Positions 23,197 to 35,398 of a DNA stretch of 64,000 nucleotides are shown here, one piece after another; position 1 is the first letter of the stretch; every line of letters starts with the position of its first letter. Below the pieces are notes generated by a model, which was given only the letters and a program-made list of their open reading frames with translations, had not been told where the DNA came from and searched no databases. This DNA comes from Cirrosporium novae-zelandiae. Lineage: Eukaryota. A program made the position numbers and the translations under genes. The stretch covers positions 558,001 through 622,000 of the forward strand of contig JAPETS010000015.1 of assembly GCA_026023565.1 (NCBI GenBank), in the 5' to 3' direction.

Positions 23197-25708
23197 CTAG
23201 TTACCCCCAAAGGTTCTAGTGAACCATTCGCTCGCATTGCTCCACCATCCCGAGGATCCACTTGAACCATTTCCATTTCCACTGGAAGCTGCCACCGACG
23301 TAGCTGCGGCAGACGCTGCAGATGATGTGGCAGAACTCATAGAAAAGGAGATGTAGTTTCCAGATGCAGCAGCAGCACCAGTAGTATAAGCTGGCGCCGC
23401 AGAGCTTGAGACTGCCACTTTGGCGGCAACACTGGCAGAAGAAACACTGGCAGATGCAGAACCGCTTTTGGTGTAGACAGCACGGCAAGCTGACTTGGAA
23501 GAGGTAACAGCAGCAGCAGCAACACCAGAGGACGTAGCATTAGAGGCAGCAGAGTAGACAGGACTGGCATAAGCAACGGCAGATGAGACAGCCGTGACGA
23601 AAGTGGATGCGGAAGATGCGGAAATAGTACTCTTCTTGGTGCACTTCTTCTTGGAGGAAGTGGAAACAGAGTAAGCGGCAGCAGCCGACAAATAAGGAAC
23701 AGCAGCAGTTGTGTAAGCAGGGGCAGCAACGGAACCTGAAGAGGCAGCAACGAAGACAGCCGCAGAAGAAGCACCTCCGAAAGCAGCAGAAGAAGCACCC
23801 ACAGCGGCAGCGGAAGAAGCACCCACAAAAGCAGAAGATGCACTCACGGCAGCAACGGAAGATGCGCTCACAGCAGCAGCAGAGGTGGCGCTGCCGCTTG
23901 AGCTTTTACTTAATTTGCAGCGCGAGCCAGACGATGATGAAGCCTTTGCTGCGGAAGAGACAGCGGAGTAAACTACTGCTGAGGAAGCAGCCGAGCTTGA
24001 GACGCTAGAAACATCAGCGACGGCTCCGAATGCAGCTACAGAAGAGATAGCTGCAGAGGCAGCAAAGCTAGGGGCACCATAGCTAGAGGCAGCAGCATAG
24101 CTAGAGGCAGCAGCATAGCTAGAGGCAGCAGAGGTAGCATAGCTAGAGGCAGCAGCGGCAGTTGAGACAGCCGCAGCAGAGTTGTAAGAAGATGAAGCTA
24201 CGGCAGCAGTAGTCGCCGCGGCAGAGTCCGCAGCAGAATAGGTCCAGAATGCAGCTGGTGTGTACACGGGGATGGCGTCGGTGGTTCCATATCCAGAGAT
24301 ACCCCATGCAGGGCTGGTTGGGCTGGTGTAACCAGTGGGAGTCACGGTGCTGGTGACTGAGGTTGTGAAAGTTGTGGCAGTGGCACCATCAGCGAGAGTT
24401 TCGGCACAGTATCCCTCCCCATAGACGTTTTTGCATTGGTTGATAACCTCGTCTCCGTTAAGAGTCCAGAGGGTGAAATCTTCGAGGGTGATGTCGGTAA
24501 GAGGAACAATATCGGAACCACGGATGACGATAGGGCCACGGGAAACACCATTATCGACATGGCCGGTCCAGTTCTTGAATGTCAAACTACTGAGCTCGAC
24601 AGCACCAGTATCAGGCGAAGTGGTGGATTCCCAGTCTATATCATCGGTTAGAATTGCCTGCGCCGAGTCGGTGAAACTCTACTTACATTGGTCAATATCC
24701 AATCCGTAGGTCGAGTCATAACTCCAAAAATTTTCAAAGACTGAATCTTTAACATAACCGGTAGCTCCATCTCCGCCAGGGAATGTCTTGATCATTAGAA
24801 TTTGAGTGCACTCGAAAGCATAGATGTTTCTCATGGTGATGTTAGAAACTTGAGCCTCGTCATCAGATGAGTCAATATCAGCGGTGAGGGATCCGATACT
24901 CATTCCACCAGAGTGGTTGCAGTAGGCTTCTTCAATGAGCACATTGTTGGAAGGTGACTTGACGGAGACGCATTCGTCTCTGTTTGTCACCTCAAAGTCA
25001 TGGATGTAGCAGTTGTCCGTGCAGATCAGGTCAATACCATCAGTACCTCCAATATCAGGTCCACGGACGGTGATGTGATATGCTTCCAAGTTTGACACTT
25101 CGTTGAAGATCAAATGGAAAGTTGGCGAGTCGACAAGAATGATATCATGAACCGAAAGGTAGGAAACCGAAATAAAACGTAGAAGACGAGCATTCTGATC
25201 GGTGTCGTCACGTCTCGTAATGTAGCCTTGTCCGTTGATGGCACCCTTGCCATTACTGGAGTAGAATTCGATATCATCACCATCTTCAATAACAATGGCA
25301 TTTCCACCGAAATCGCCATCAGAAGTTAAAGTAATCAAACCGTTCAACTCAAAGGCCCAATTTGAACCACCGCTCAATGTCACTCCAGTTGCCACTACCA
25401 AAAATAAGCACTTTATCCCTCCCCGTAGATTATTTATGCTTACGAGAGTAATTTCCTTCAGGAACAACGAGAGTAGCACCACCAGCTGAGGCGCAAGAGG
25501 AGAAGGCTGAGGTGATTGCGTCTGCAACATCAGTGGTTCCATCAGCTACAGCACCGTAATCTGTAATATCACATTTGGTCGATTTTGCCGAGAGTGCAGT
25601 CGAAGGACCGACTGTGGAGAGGTCGACTTCGGCATTGATTCCAACAACAGCGGAGAGAAGGGCAAGGCTCTCCAGGAACAACCTGGACTTGGGAACCTGA
25701 GAAAACAT
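23197..25708 (-). CDS. GH28 rhamnogalacturonase with a long Ala/Ser-rich C-terminal extension (3 exons)
   Basis: Signal peptide, CDITDYGAVADG, DSPTFH, DGID...VTNRDECVSVKSP..IEEAYCNHSGGMSIGSL, MIKT and YGLDIDQ, which are rhamnogalacturonase A-type motifs. Confidence 0.88.
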
Positions 25709-27281
25709 GTTGTTTGAAGGGAACGTAGAAATTCAGACCAGCTGGATTAGAACGAATGTATTGTATCAAATGATACTACTAGTAAAGAAAGACAGGTCGC
25801 AAAAAGCAGAAAGAACGAGAGCGTTTAGCTGAAAAAACAGAAAACACTTGAAAACTGAGCAGCCAAGTGGCCATGGCGAAGGAAGGATATAAATAAGAAA
25901 GACTGAAAAGGGCTGAAGCATAACTGAATCGTTCGGCATTTCCTAGGCCGTTCCAAAATCTCAAAATATCAAAGACAGGAACAATGAATTCATTAGTTTC
26001 GTAAAGGTTGTTTCGAAAAGGATATGAGGTCCGAGAAAGAAGACCAGTTGGAAGAGAAGTTTCGTGCTCAAATTGGTGATGGACCATTGAAGGGCGTCCT
26101 CGGGTATATTAAAACTAGGGCTTGGCCTATACAACCGGTCTTGTACTTGAAACATGGGTTGGAACCAAAGTTCCACATAAACATCGGATGTTGTGAGGAA
26201 ATATTGAAAGGATTACTGAAAGGGAAGAACATCTGGGGATAATTAGATATATTTGGAATATTAGATATTCCTCTCTCCCTCCCTTTGTGGCATCCTTGGC
26301 CCCCATGATTCATGGGCAACGTGATATCATAGTCTAACTCTTCCAGCTATTTACCTACCTACCTACTTACCTCCCTACACAATTAATTGTAAATGATAAA
26401 GTTTTGATAATAAGATGCAATAATAATGATTGTAGAATTATATATATTAATATAAAAAAATAAAAAAAATAAAAAAATAAAAATAAAAGCATTTTCTATT
26501 CCAGCCTCTTGTGGCTGAAGTGCCAGTGCTCTCTCTCCCTCTTCCCCCCCACCCACTATTAGGTTGCTTTGCGCATGCGAAACCCTGCAAAAATACCTAG
26601 ACTCTACCCAAAAATATTAGGAAGGAGCCGATCTGGAGGGGAAGGTCTATGAGAATTTATTTCACAAATCAACTCATTTGGGCAACAACTTCAGGTTTTT
26701 GGTTGGTTTCTGAAAGAGAACATACAGGTACGATGATTGACCTTGAAGCTTTTGTTGTCCTTCCATTATCTTACCCAACCTAGTCTGCACAATCATCTTC
26801 TTCCAACATTTCCAACATCAACATCTGAGGCATGAAATTCTTCCCCAGCCTTTCGGACCATCTATTCTATATGCCCACCTTATCGATGATCCAAACTATC
26901 ACCTTCTTCGCTTGATCCTATCAACTTCAATCGATCCATCCTCCATAGACCTCATGGACGCTGTGTATTGATAGTTCCCCCCAAACCCTTACGTCTACGA
27001 ACCCTTACACAGTCAAGAAAATCATCATTATCACAGTCTACCCTACCTCGCGAAACCAGTCTACACGAGCTTTCATGCAGTGACCCTTATAAAGCTCGGA
27101 TAAAGGGTGTGGCAATAAGAACGGAAAATAAGGGAGGAGGTATTACCTTTTCGAACTAATTTTCCATCCAACGCTTTCCACCATAGGGGACTCATCCTTA
27201 ATAGCAGGTCTGGACGACCTGACTCTGCATTCGAATTCTCAATCCCAAGAGTCGCCGGACTCCACCTCCTGCGAATCCACC

Positions 27282-28340
27282 ATGTCCTCGTCCTCCCAAA
27301 CCCCGGAGTCATGGATCTCCGCCTTCTGCTCCTTGCTGGGCCACGAATACTTCGCCGAGGTGTCGGAAGAGTTTATTGAAGATGATTTTAATCTAACGGG
27401 CCTGCAAAGCCAGGTGCCCATGTATAAAGAAGCGCTAGAAATGATACTAGACGTGGAGCCTGAAGAATTTGACGATGATGAGGAGGAGGAAGATGAGGAC
27501 GAAGACGAGGACGATGGCATCCTAGGTGACGAAAAGGCGGTTGGCTATAGAAGGGCAGGAGACCGCCGTCATATGCGAATAGCCAGTGACCTTTCTGTGA
27601 TAGAATCCTCTGCAGAACTTCTCTACGGCCTTATCCACCAACGCTACATCACCTCCCGTCCCGGTATCCAACAAATGGCCGAGAAATACGAACTCCAGCA
27701 CTTTGGGGTTTGTCCCCGCGTTCTCTGCAGCGGGGCTCGGGTTCTCCCAGTAGGCCTGACTGATACTCCAGGCCAAGAAACAGTCAAACTTTTTTGTCCA
27801 TCTTGCCTTGATGTCTATACCCCCCCCAACAGCCGCTTCCAGTCGGTCGACGGCGCATTTTTCGGCACCACATTTGGTTGTCTCTTCTTCATGACTTTCC
27901 CAGAACTTGACGTCGGCCCCCGCGATGCCAGTATTCTATCTCCTTCTGTGTCCTCCTCAACAGATAAATCACGCTCCACCAACACCGACAACATACCTCC
28001 TCAACCCGCCCTCATCAATGGGGTAACGCCCTCAAATCTCGCCCCTGGTCTTGGCCCAGGGAAAATATATGAGCCTCGAATTTATGGGTTCCGAGTTTCT
28101 GAAAGGGCAAAAAGCGGTCCGAGAATGCAATGGTTACGCCAACGACCCCTCGATATCAACGAGCTAGATGAAAGTGCAAATTTCCTTGCTATGGGTGCTG
28201 ATATGGATGGGGATACGGAAATGGGTAGCACAGCAGGAGGCATGACGGGAAAGAGGAAGAAGGCAGTTGGAAGGAGAAGGAAAATTGGAGCCGGTGGGGC
28301 GGAGGCGATGGATACAAATGGGACTGGAGAAGGTGGATGA
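27282..28340 (+). CDS. CKB1: Casein kinase II regulatory subunit beta-1
   Basis: SWISAFC..GHEYFAEVSEEFIEDDFNLTGL, an acidic loop, LLYGLIHQRYI, the zinc ribbon CPRVLC...KLFCPSC, DGAFFGTTF and YEPRIYGF. Confidence 0.96.
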   Translation: MSSSSQTPESWISAFCSLLGHEYFAEVSEEFIEDDFNLTGLQSQVPMYKEALEMILDVEPEEFDDDEEEEDEDEDEDDGILGDEKAVGYRRAGDRRHMRIASDLSVIESSAELLYGLIHQRYITSRPGIQQMAEKYELQHFGVCPRVLCSGARVLPVGLTDTPGQETVKLFCPSCLDVYTPPNSRFQSVDGAFFGTTFGCLFFMTFPELDVGPRDASILSPSVSSSTDKSRSTNTDNIPPQPALINGVTPSNLAPGLGPGKIYEPRIYGFRVSERAKSGPRMQWLRQRPLDINELDESANFLAMGADMDGDTEMGSTAGGMTGKRKKAVGRRRKIGAGGAEAMDTNGTGEGG

Positions 28341-29219
28341 AAGCGAGCTGGGGTCTTATGACGGATCCGGGTGAGGGATGAATGATAATATTGATCATGA
28401 AAGACCGGGCCAGGACAAGACAAATATAAAGATGACGAAGGCATATGAAATGCAATGGATGGATATTCAAAGGCTTACATTTTTCTTCCCTCTTGATATT
28501 CTTCGAGGTGAGTGGGTGGGGTAGGGTAGGGTTAGGTTAAGGGTGTAACAAAGGGTGTTTCTTGCATGTCATGCATGTATGCAGTCTTATTCCTTGTTCC
28601 TCTTCCTCTTCTTCCTTCTTTTCTTGATTCCTCATTTAGTAGAGAGAGAAAGATATAACTACGATATGATATGATACGAAGTTTTTTGTTCGACCAATCG
28701 AATGGAATTGGAGAGGAGGGGGAAAAAAGGGGGTATCGTTCTTTTTTTTTCTCTTCTTCTTCTAATATTCAAGTTTTGATAAATATATATATATAAAGAA
28801 TTATAGTATGCTATGCTATGGCTCTTTTTTTTGATTTATGTGTGTGTGGTGGGGGGAGGGGAGGTGTTTTTTGAAGGTTCTATTCTATTCTATCTTATAG
28901 ATTATGATTATGGATTTTGCTATAATATCATATTGCCGTGGAATGGAATGGAATGGGGTTATGAATACGAGTGTCTTATAGTGTTATAGTGTAGTGAGTA
29001 TGAGTTGTAGTATCTTTACCTTAAGCTTTTGAATTTGTAGCATGCATGCATGTATGGTTTGAGGTTTGGTTAAGTATATGGATAGGTAGGTAGTTCACCT
29101 AAGACAAGAAGGGAGAGTGGTAGGTAGGTAGGTAACTTATGCATACATATATACACGACATGGATAATAATACTAAAAAATATAGAACATGGAGCATAGA
29201 ATGAATAAATGTTAATCAT

Positions 29220-30155
29220 CCTACTAACTGACCGACTGACTAACTAGCTAACCGATTGATCCAAGATACCTTTCCTTCTTAGTAAATATCTAATATCTGA
29301 TATCTGATATCTGATACTTTTATATCCATCCCCAAATTAACTACTAACTGCTATTGATTGATTAATTGATTAACTGGAGAGGGATTAGAAGTATTTGGTT
29401 TTTTGGGGGGTTTTTTCTTTTCTTTTTGGCTTTGGCTTTAGCTTTGTAGGGTTGGGGTTGTATGTGTATGAGAGGATGGAGGGATGGATGAGGGGAGGGT
29501 GTAACAAAGACAAGAAGAAGAAGAAAATTATACACATATATACACATTGTCAGAAGGGCAAAGCCCAACACTCTTCCTTGCTCTTACCTACCTAGGTACC
29601 TAACCCCAACCAAGCCAAGCCAAGCCAAGCCAAACCAAGCCAAATAAAAAAGCCCATAGAAAATATTCCCCTACTTCCCTACTTCACTACTTGAGCGGAT
29701 TGACTCGGATACCCAGTGTTAGCTATAAGTATGTATAAACATATATATGGAAATTCAGGAATTTAGAGAGTTCCTTCAATGGTGTATGGGGATGGAAATG
29801 TAAATGTAATACTTGAAGTTTAGAGGTGTGGCAATTGAGGATGGTTCCGGTTTTCTGGTTTTGGGTCTTGGGTTGATGGTTGGTGGGAATTTTATATGTA
29901 TATAGAGCCTGCTGGTGGTGCTGTTGCGGATATAGGTGGATGGATGCAATACCAGACCTAAACTGATATTATACTGTTTCGAGATAGTTAACCAGTGTTA
30001 CGACACAGCTAGGTTATATATCAAAACACTGTGGTATCTCCGCTCAAGTAGGGGATATTTTCCACGTCCTTTTTGATTTAGATAGGTGAGAGTGTTGGCT
30101 TGCTTTCTAACAGGCGGCTAGTTAGCTAGTCAGTCAGTCAGTCGATCAATTAATA
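29220..30155. repeat. Degenerate long inverted repeat (foldback) interrupted by microsatellites
   Basis: The core CTACTTGAGCGGA (29687-29699) is the exact reverse complement of 30039-30051, with further colinear complementary blocks on both sides. Confidence 0.6.
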
Positions 30156-32113
30156 AACGAAAGAATATAATATATAATATTAGTTTTTTTTCCGTTTTTT
30201 TTTTTCATAGAAAGTCCAAAGAAGATGAGAAAAAAAAACGAGTCTAGCTACTTTCCACACGACCACAACCCTTAGTCCGTATCTAGATGTGGTGTGAATG
30301 GTACGAAGGAAATAAACATATCAAATTTGTAAAGAATGTTATAATTTTTTGTTTTTTTTCAAAAAAAATAATTTCAATAAAAATTCGCATGCGTTTTGCG
30401 AGATGGATAGACTCGGAGTTGGAGGTTAGAGGTTGGGGCTTGGGATCTAGTAGAGGTGTGGTTAGGTACGGTTCAAGAGGGTCTTTGGGTTGGTTTGGAG
30501 ATGGAGTCTCTGGATGCCATGCCATGCCATGTCATGTCGGCGTGTGTATGTGTATACTTGAAGTTTGGGAGGGAGGAGAGAAAACGTTTTGCATAGCATC
30601 GCATCGCATCGACCTCCACTCCAGCCTCCAGCCCTCCTCCCACGCACACCTCTTCTCTTCTTCTTGATTTCCTTTTCAGTCATATATTAGTTCTACCTGC
30701 AAGCAGAAAGATCAAGATCAAAACCAAAAAAAAAACCCTAAACTCCATAGTCACCACCTCCAATCCAAGGTCTCACTCACTCACTCAAAAAAAAAAAAAC
30801 GAACAGACCCCTTCATAGGATCTTTAATCTATCATGTCCCCAACCCCCAAAGAGCAGGCGACAGCGACGACATAAACAACGGGTACCCATCCCTCATTTC
30901 CCCATGAAAGAAAAAAAAATACTGTATAGTGATCTCTACCACCACGAATATCCCCTCGAAAAATAAAAAAACCGAGATAAGCAGACGTTCTAATTAGAAC
31001 GGGTAGGGTTATGTTAGGTTAGCGAGAAGGTACTGTACTTTGGCCCCCAAGAACCCGGCAATTCTTAGGGGTACTGTACTATATTCTTTCATGCAGGAAA
31101 GTACAGTAGCAGAATGGGTAATTAGATAGATTGTCAGCGCCCCGGGTCGGCATAAAATCCCCAAAGGGGTAATAGAAGAAGAATGATTTTCCGGACGATC
31201 AGATAATCGATTTGAACTCAAAATAAAATATCGAATAAGCATCGAATAACTGGGATGAATTTGTTCCGTTTTGCGGTGATCATGTAATAATATAGATGAA
31301 CATGTGTGTATGTGTGTGTGCGTGGTGTGTAGTGTATGTGTGTATGGACTGTGGTGCTGCACGTAATTTCGAGAACAGACCGTGCCAAGATTCATAGCAT
31401 CCAAATTGAGAATTTCAACTTCCAACTTCGTAGGGGTTGTTACTTTTTTCGCATTATTAATTATAACTTATTGGTGGTGATGGTCATGGTGGTGGTGAAA
31501 AAAAAGGAAATCGATCCCCCCGGTTAGTGGCGAGTTTAGGTGTTAACTAGGCCTGAACTAGATGATCAAGGGGGTTTGTTTGGGGGTTTAATTTTTGGTT
31601 GGGGATGGATGGGGGGATAGGAAATGGGACCGAGTTTTGCATGCGTGGGAAAAGTTGGGAACCGACTGCGATAATTACTCAAGTACAGTGCATTAACTAC
31701 GTTACTGTAACTGGATACATAAAAATGTGTAATTCTTCATTTGGAAATGTACTATCATTTAGTTACATTGTAGATATGTAGACTCTGTATTGGAAAGCCT
31801 GCATAGCGTACATGATAGATGGCAAACTCCTAGTTGAGCTGTTTGATCACAGACGCATACACATCATGATTCATCATCTGGAATACGATGGGGATAAGGA
31901 CAGAGGGCGGATGAGGCGGAATTAACAATAGAGATTGCTGAATAAACATCTGATCAATCTGGCCTAACCATATAAAATTGCTATTTGAATTTTTGTCATA
32001 AATTAATCGGCATCTAGAAACGAGTTTATAAATCCGAATCTTGGTAATATTTGCTGTTGTGGATTGGTTATAATTAGTGGTTATTGTAGGTGCTGGGTGA
32101 GTTTGTACTGTGT

Positions 32114-32159
<46 letters not shown>
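32114..32159. repeat. Compound (TA)n(TG)n microsatellite
   Basis: Directly visible in the sequence. Confidence 0.9.
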
Positions 32160-32161
<2 letters not shown>

Positions 32162-35100
32162 GGCTAAGAAGTAACTAATCACTGACTAGGAGTCTGTGAA
32201 TTATATTAGGTAGCTAGGTTGTCCCTTAGTGATAGATAGATGTTATGGATATAGAACAGAATCTTTGCCCGGAACTGATGAATAGTTTTTCGCGGCTTGT
32301 ATCAATGTCCAATTCCATACATAAATGTACTCGATTTCACCTGGATTTATCATCTGGTGATGGCATTCTGCGGACAAACTCATTGGATCCTCCAAGATAT
32401 TTTTAGTTGGCCCTTCTCCGATTTTCGGCTCAACCGGTCGTCCCGTAATTCCATCGTCCTTTCTGATCGGAATTTGGGTATGGAGGAATAGAAAAGCCGA
32501 GATGGAGCTGGAGCGGAGTTTGAAGTCCGTCTACCAGCGAGCAGTCAATATTCATATTTTTCTGTAACTGTGGAGTGCAAAGGAAGCGCGACCATTCGGA
32601 GTCACGAGCCGAGATATGGTTCAACAGTCAAAAAGGCTATTGCTGGAAAGATATGCATAGATATCCTGGATTTGTGTCGGCAGGCTCCAGTGGCACAACG
32701 TGTCACCCTCCCCAAAAATGGTAGCACAGGAATTTTTACCATGTTCCTAAGCTAAACAGAATCCCAAAGGAAGCGGACACTGTCAGTGGGGTATGATATT
32801 CATATCTCCTGTTATACAGACAACGTGGGTGGCAACCCTTAAAGCCATCTCATTGATTTTTTTCTCACAGCTTAAGAAGTTAGGCTCCAACAAGGTTATG
32901 CGGGAACTGGCAACGGAGGCTCTTCACGTTGACATGTATACCTCACTCCGGTTATGAGAAAGCTGCCTTTCACACAGCATTAGCAAAGTTGATGGTGATA
33001 CTGTAGTTGAAGTAGCTTTCTCGTACGATTTGCATTCGGTCATAAGGCATATAGTAGTCACCCTTCATGTGGTTCGTTGATTCACACCGTGAAGAAGGAT
33101 TGGAAACCAGGGCCTCAAAATGGCTTGATGACGAATCAGAATGCGCATCTGTGAGAAAAGGAGCCTGCAACTTCTTAACAGCCGGCCTAATACAGGCGGT
33201 GAAACGATCGATAGCTGCAATCTAAACACCATTCAGGAAGTTGTATTGATTTATCCTCATTTTCTAGGACTTTGAACATCAAAATCCATCCTTTACGTTG
33301 AAGCCTCAGGCGAGCTATAAGCATTTTAATTCTCGGAAGGAGGGTAAGACGTACTTCCCCAAAGCAGTAATGAAGTCCTTGGTGTGCATACTGGAATCAA
33401 GACAAGCATTTCTGACAGATTGGTTCCGCTAGGTACAGGAGGGTGAGGATGTATTCTCATCTGCGAGGTGCATCATGTCGCTTGGAGTAATTTGTAGGGC
33501 TGAAGAAAGGTACCTATGTCAACGGTTATTGGGCTTGAATAGGCGGGACAACGGAAGTCAGACTCCTTCTCAAGGTATGCGTATCAATTCAAAAGGTGAA
33601 TGGTGGTAATCTCTCCAAGTAAGATGACAAAAAACACTATGTATAGTGTTAGCTTAAAACAATTAAACCCCTATACGTCCGTTCATTAAAGAATGACGAA
33701 TGCATCACGTTTCAGAGTAACCATTCCAAAGTTGATTTGAAATATAATATTCTAGAATATGAAGAACGGAAGAGCAGTAAGCCACCAATGCCACATAATC
33801 CACCGCTGTCATACCGCAGATAGTAAATCCGGGGTGAAGGAAATAGCTTCTTCTTTTAGATAGGCTGGTTTTATAAAATACCAGTAGGATTATCAGAAGG
33901 AACATTCAGGTCGTTTTTGGAAGGTGAATAATAGAAGGCGTAAGTTAAGTCAAATTGGGTTGGAAAGGAGGCGTCCTGAGATTGATGCATAGCCAGAACT
34001 TCAAGGCTGTTCAAGCAAGAAATCTAGACGGCTAAGACGATTGGTTGAAATGGTATCCTAGATAAAAAAAAAATATAATATTTAAGCATCTTTTGTAGTT
34101 AGACCTGATAGTAATCTGATAATAACTTCAGATAAATCATGTTCAATAAGGTGTCGGCGTCGACTGCTTCGTCCGGCGCCCGGTCTGGCACTCATGTTGC
34201 AAGGATTTGGTAAATGAGAAGGAATGGATCAACGGAAATCCTGGAGAGAATCTCTCCATGATTTTTGAGATTTCTAACAGAGTTACCTACTACTCTCAAG
34301 ATAACAAGAATGAAGCGTTAATTCCCGTCAGTTAACTTTGGTCTTGGAACAAACTTTTCTCGTGATGAAGGTGAAGGATCAAGCTTTATGCAACCTGGAA
34401 TCTTTGTTGACAATCAACAGCTTCAAGAGGCTTTGAATAAATACTAAAATACTATATATCTTCCTTTGAGATTGGAAGGGGTTAGAAAAGGTTCAGCTTA
34501 ATACCGAGTGGATATCGAGTTAAGGAGGAATATTTAATTACTCAATTAGACAACAAATATAATTTTCAGATTCCGTTTCATCCTTCAAACGTGAAGAAAG
34601 AGCAGAATGGCAAAATAACAAAATAGCTTTTATTCGCGGGCCAACATCGGCCGAGCTCGGACATCTTTTGATCCTCCGCATCTTTCCTTTTGCTTTGTTC
34701 CTTTTTCTTCATTCCTTCCTTTCTTTCCCTAGGCAAGCTCCTGCGAGTCTAACCGATAACCGATTCAAAATAAAATACAATAAGACACCAAAGGCCAGTG
34801 CAAAATGATAATCCCTGTCGTCAAAGTTAGTTTTGTAAATATCAAGGAATTATCTATTCTATCAAATCTAATCAGGAGAAAGGTACTTACTTGAATGTTG
34901 AATTGAGGAAGGTGACAGCCAAATTAGGCAAACCAAAAAGAAAAAAACCTGGTCCCTCAACTATGGTGTCGATGATATTCTCATGACCTGCAAGGAAAAT
35001 CATTCATTCGTGTAGACGGTAAACACCCTCTTTCGCTAGCGTTGCGTCTGAGAAGTAGAGTTTGGCCAAGTGTCGGGGTAGCCACTTGGTGGTAATAAAT

Positions 35101-35365
35101 ATTAAAAATACCTACAGGAATGATAGGTCAACAATTTCAAGGATATCAAGGGCCATCCTAACCTGGTGGCCTTTGTTACAGTACGATCTCCGATAGATAG
35201 GGTGCTGAGAGAAGGTATGAAAGAGGTCAAGTCCACAAGACCCAAAGAGCCATAGGGCTGTGCACGAGGGTCAGTCGACCCATTAGGGTATGTGTAAATC
35301 TTGGCTGTAAATTCAACATGGTCTAGGGCGAAATACAGAGAAATATCGACTAAAATGGACTAAAG

Positions 35366-35398
35366 CCGGACCAAACCGGACCAAACCGGACCAAACCG
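35366..35398. repeat. 10-bp tandem repeat (CCGGACCAAA) x3
   Basis: Directly visible in the sequence. Confidence 0.85.
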
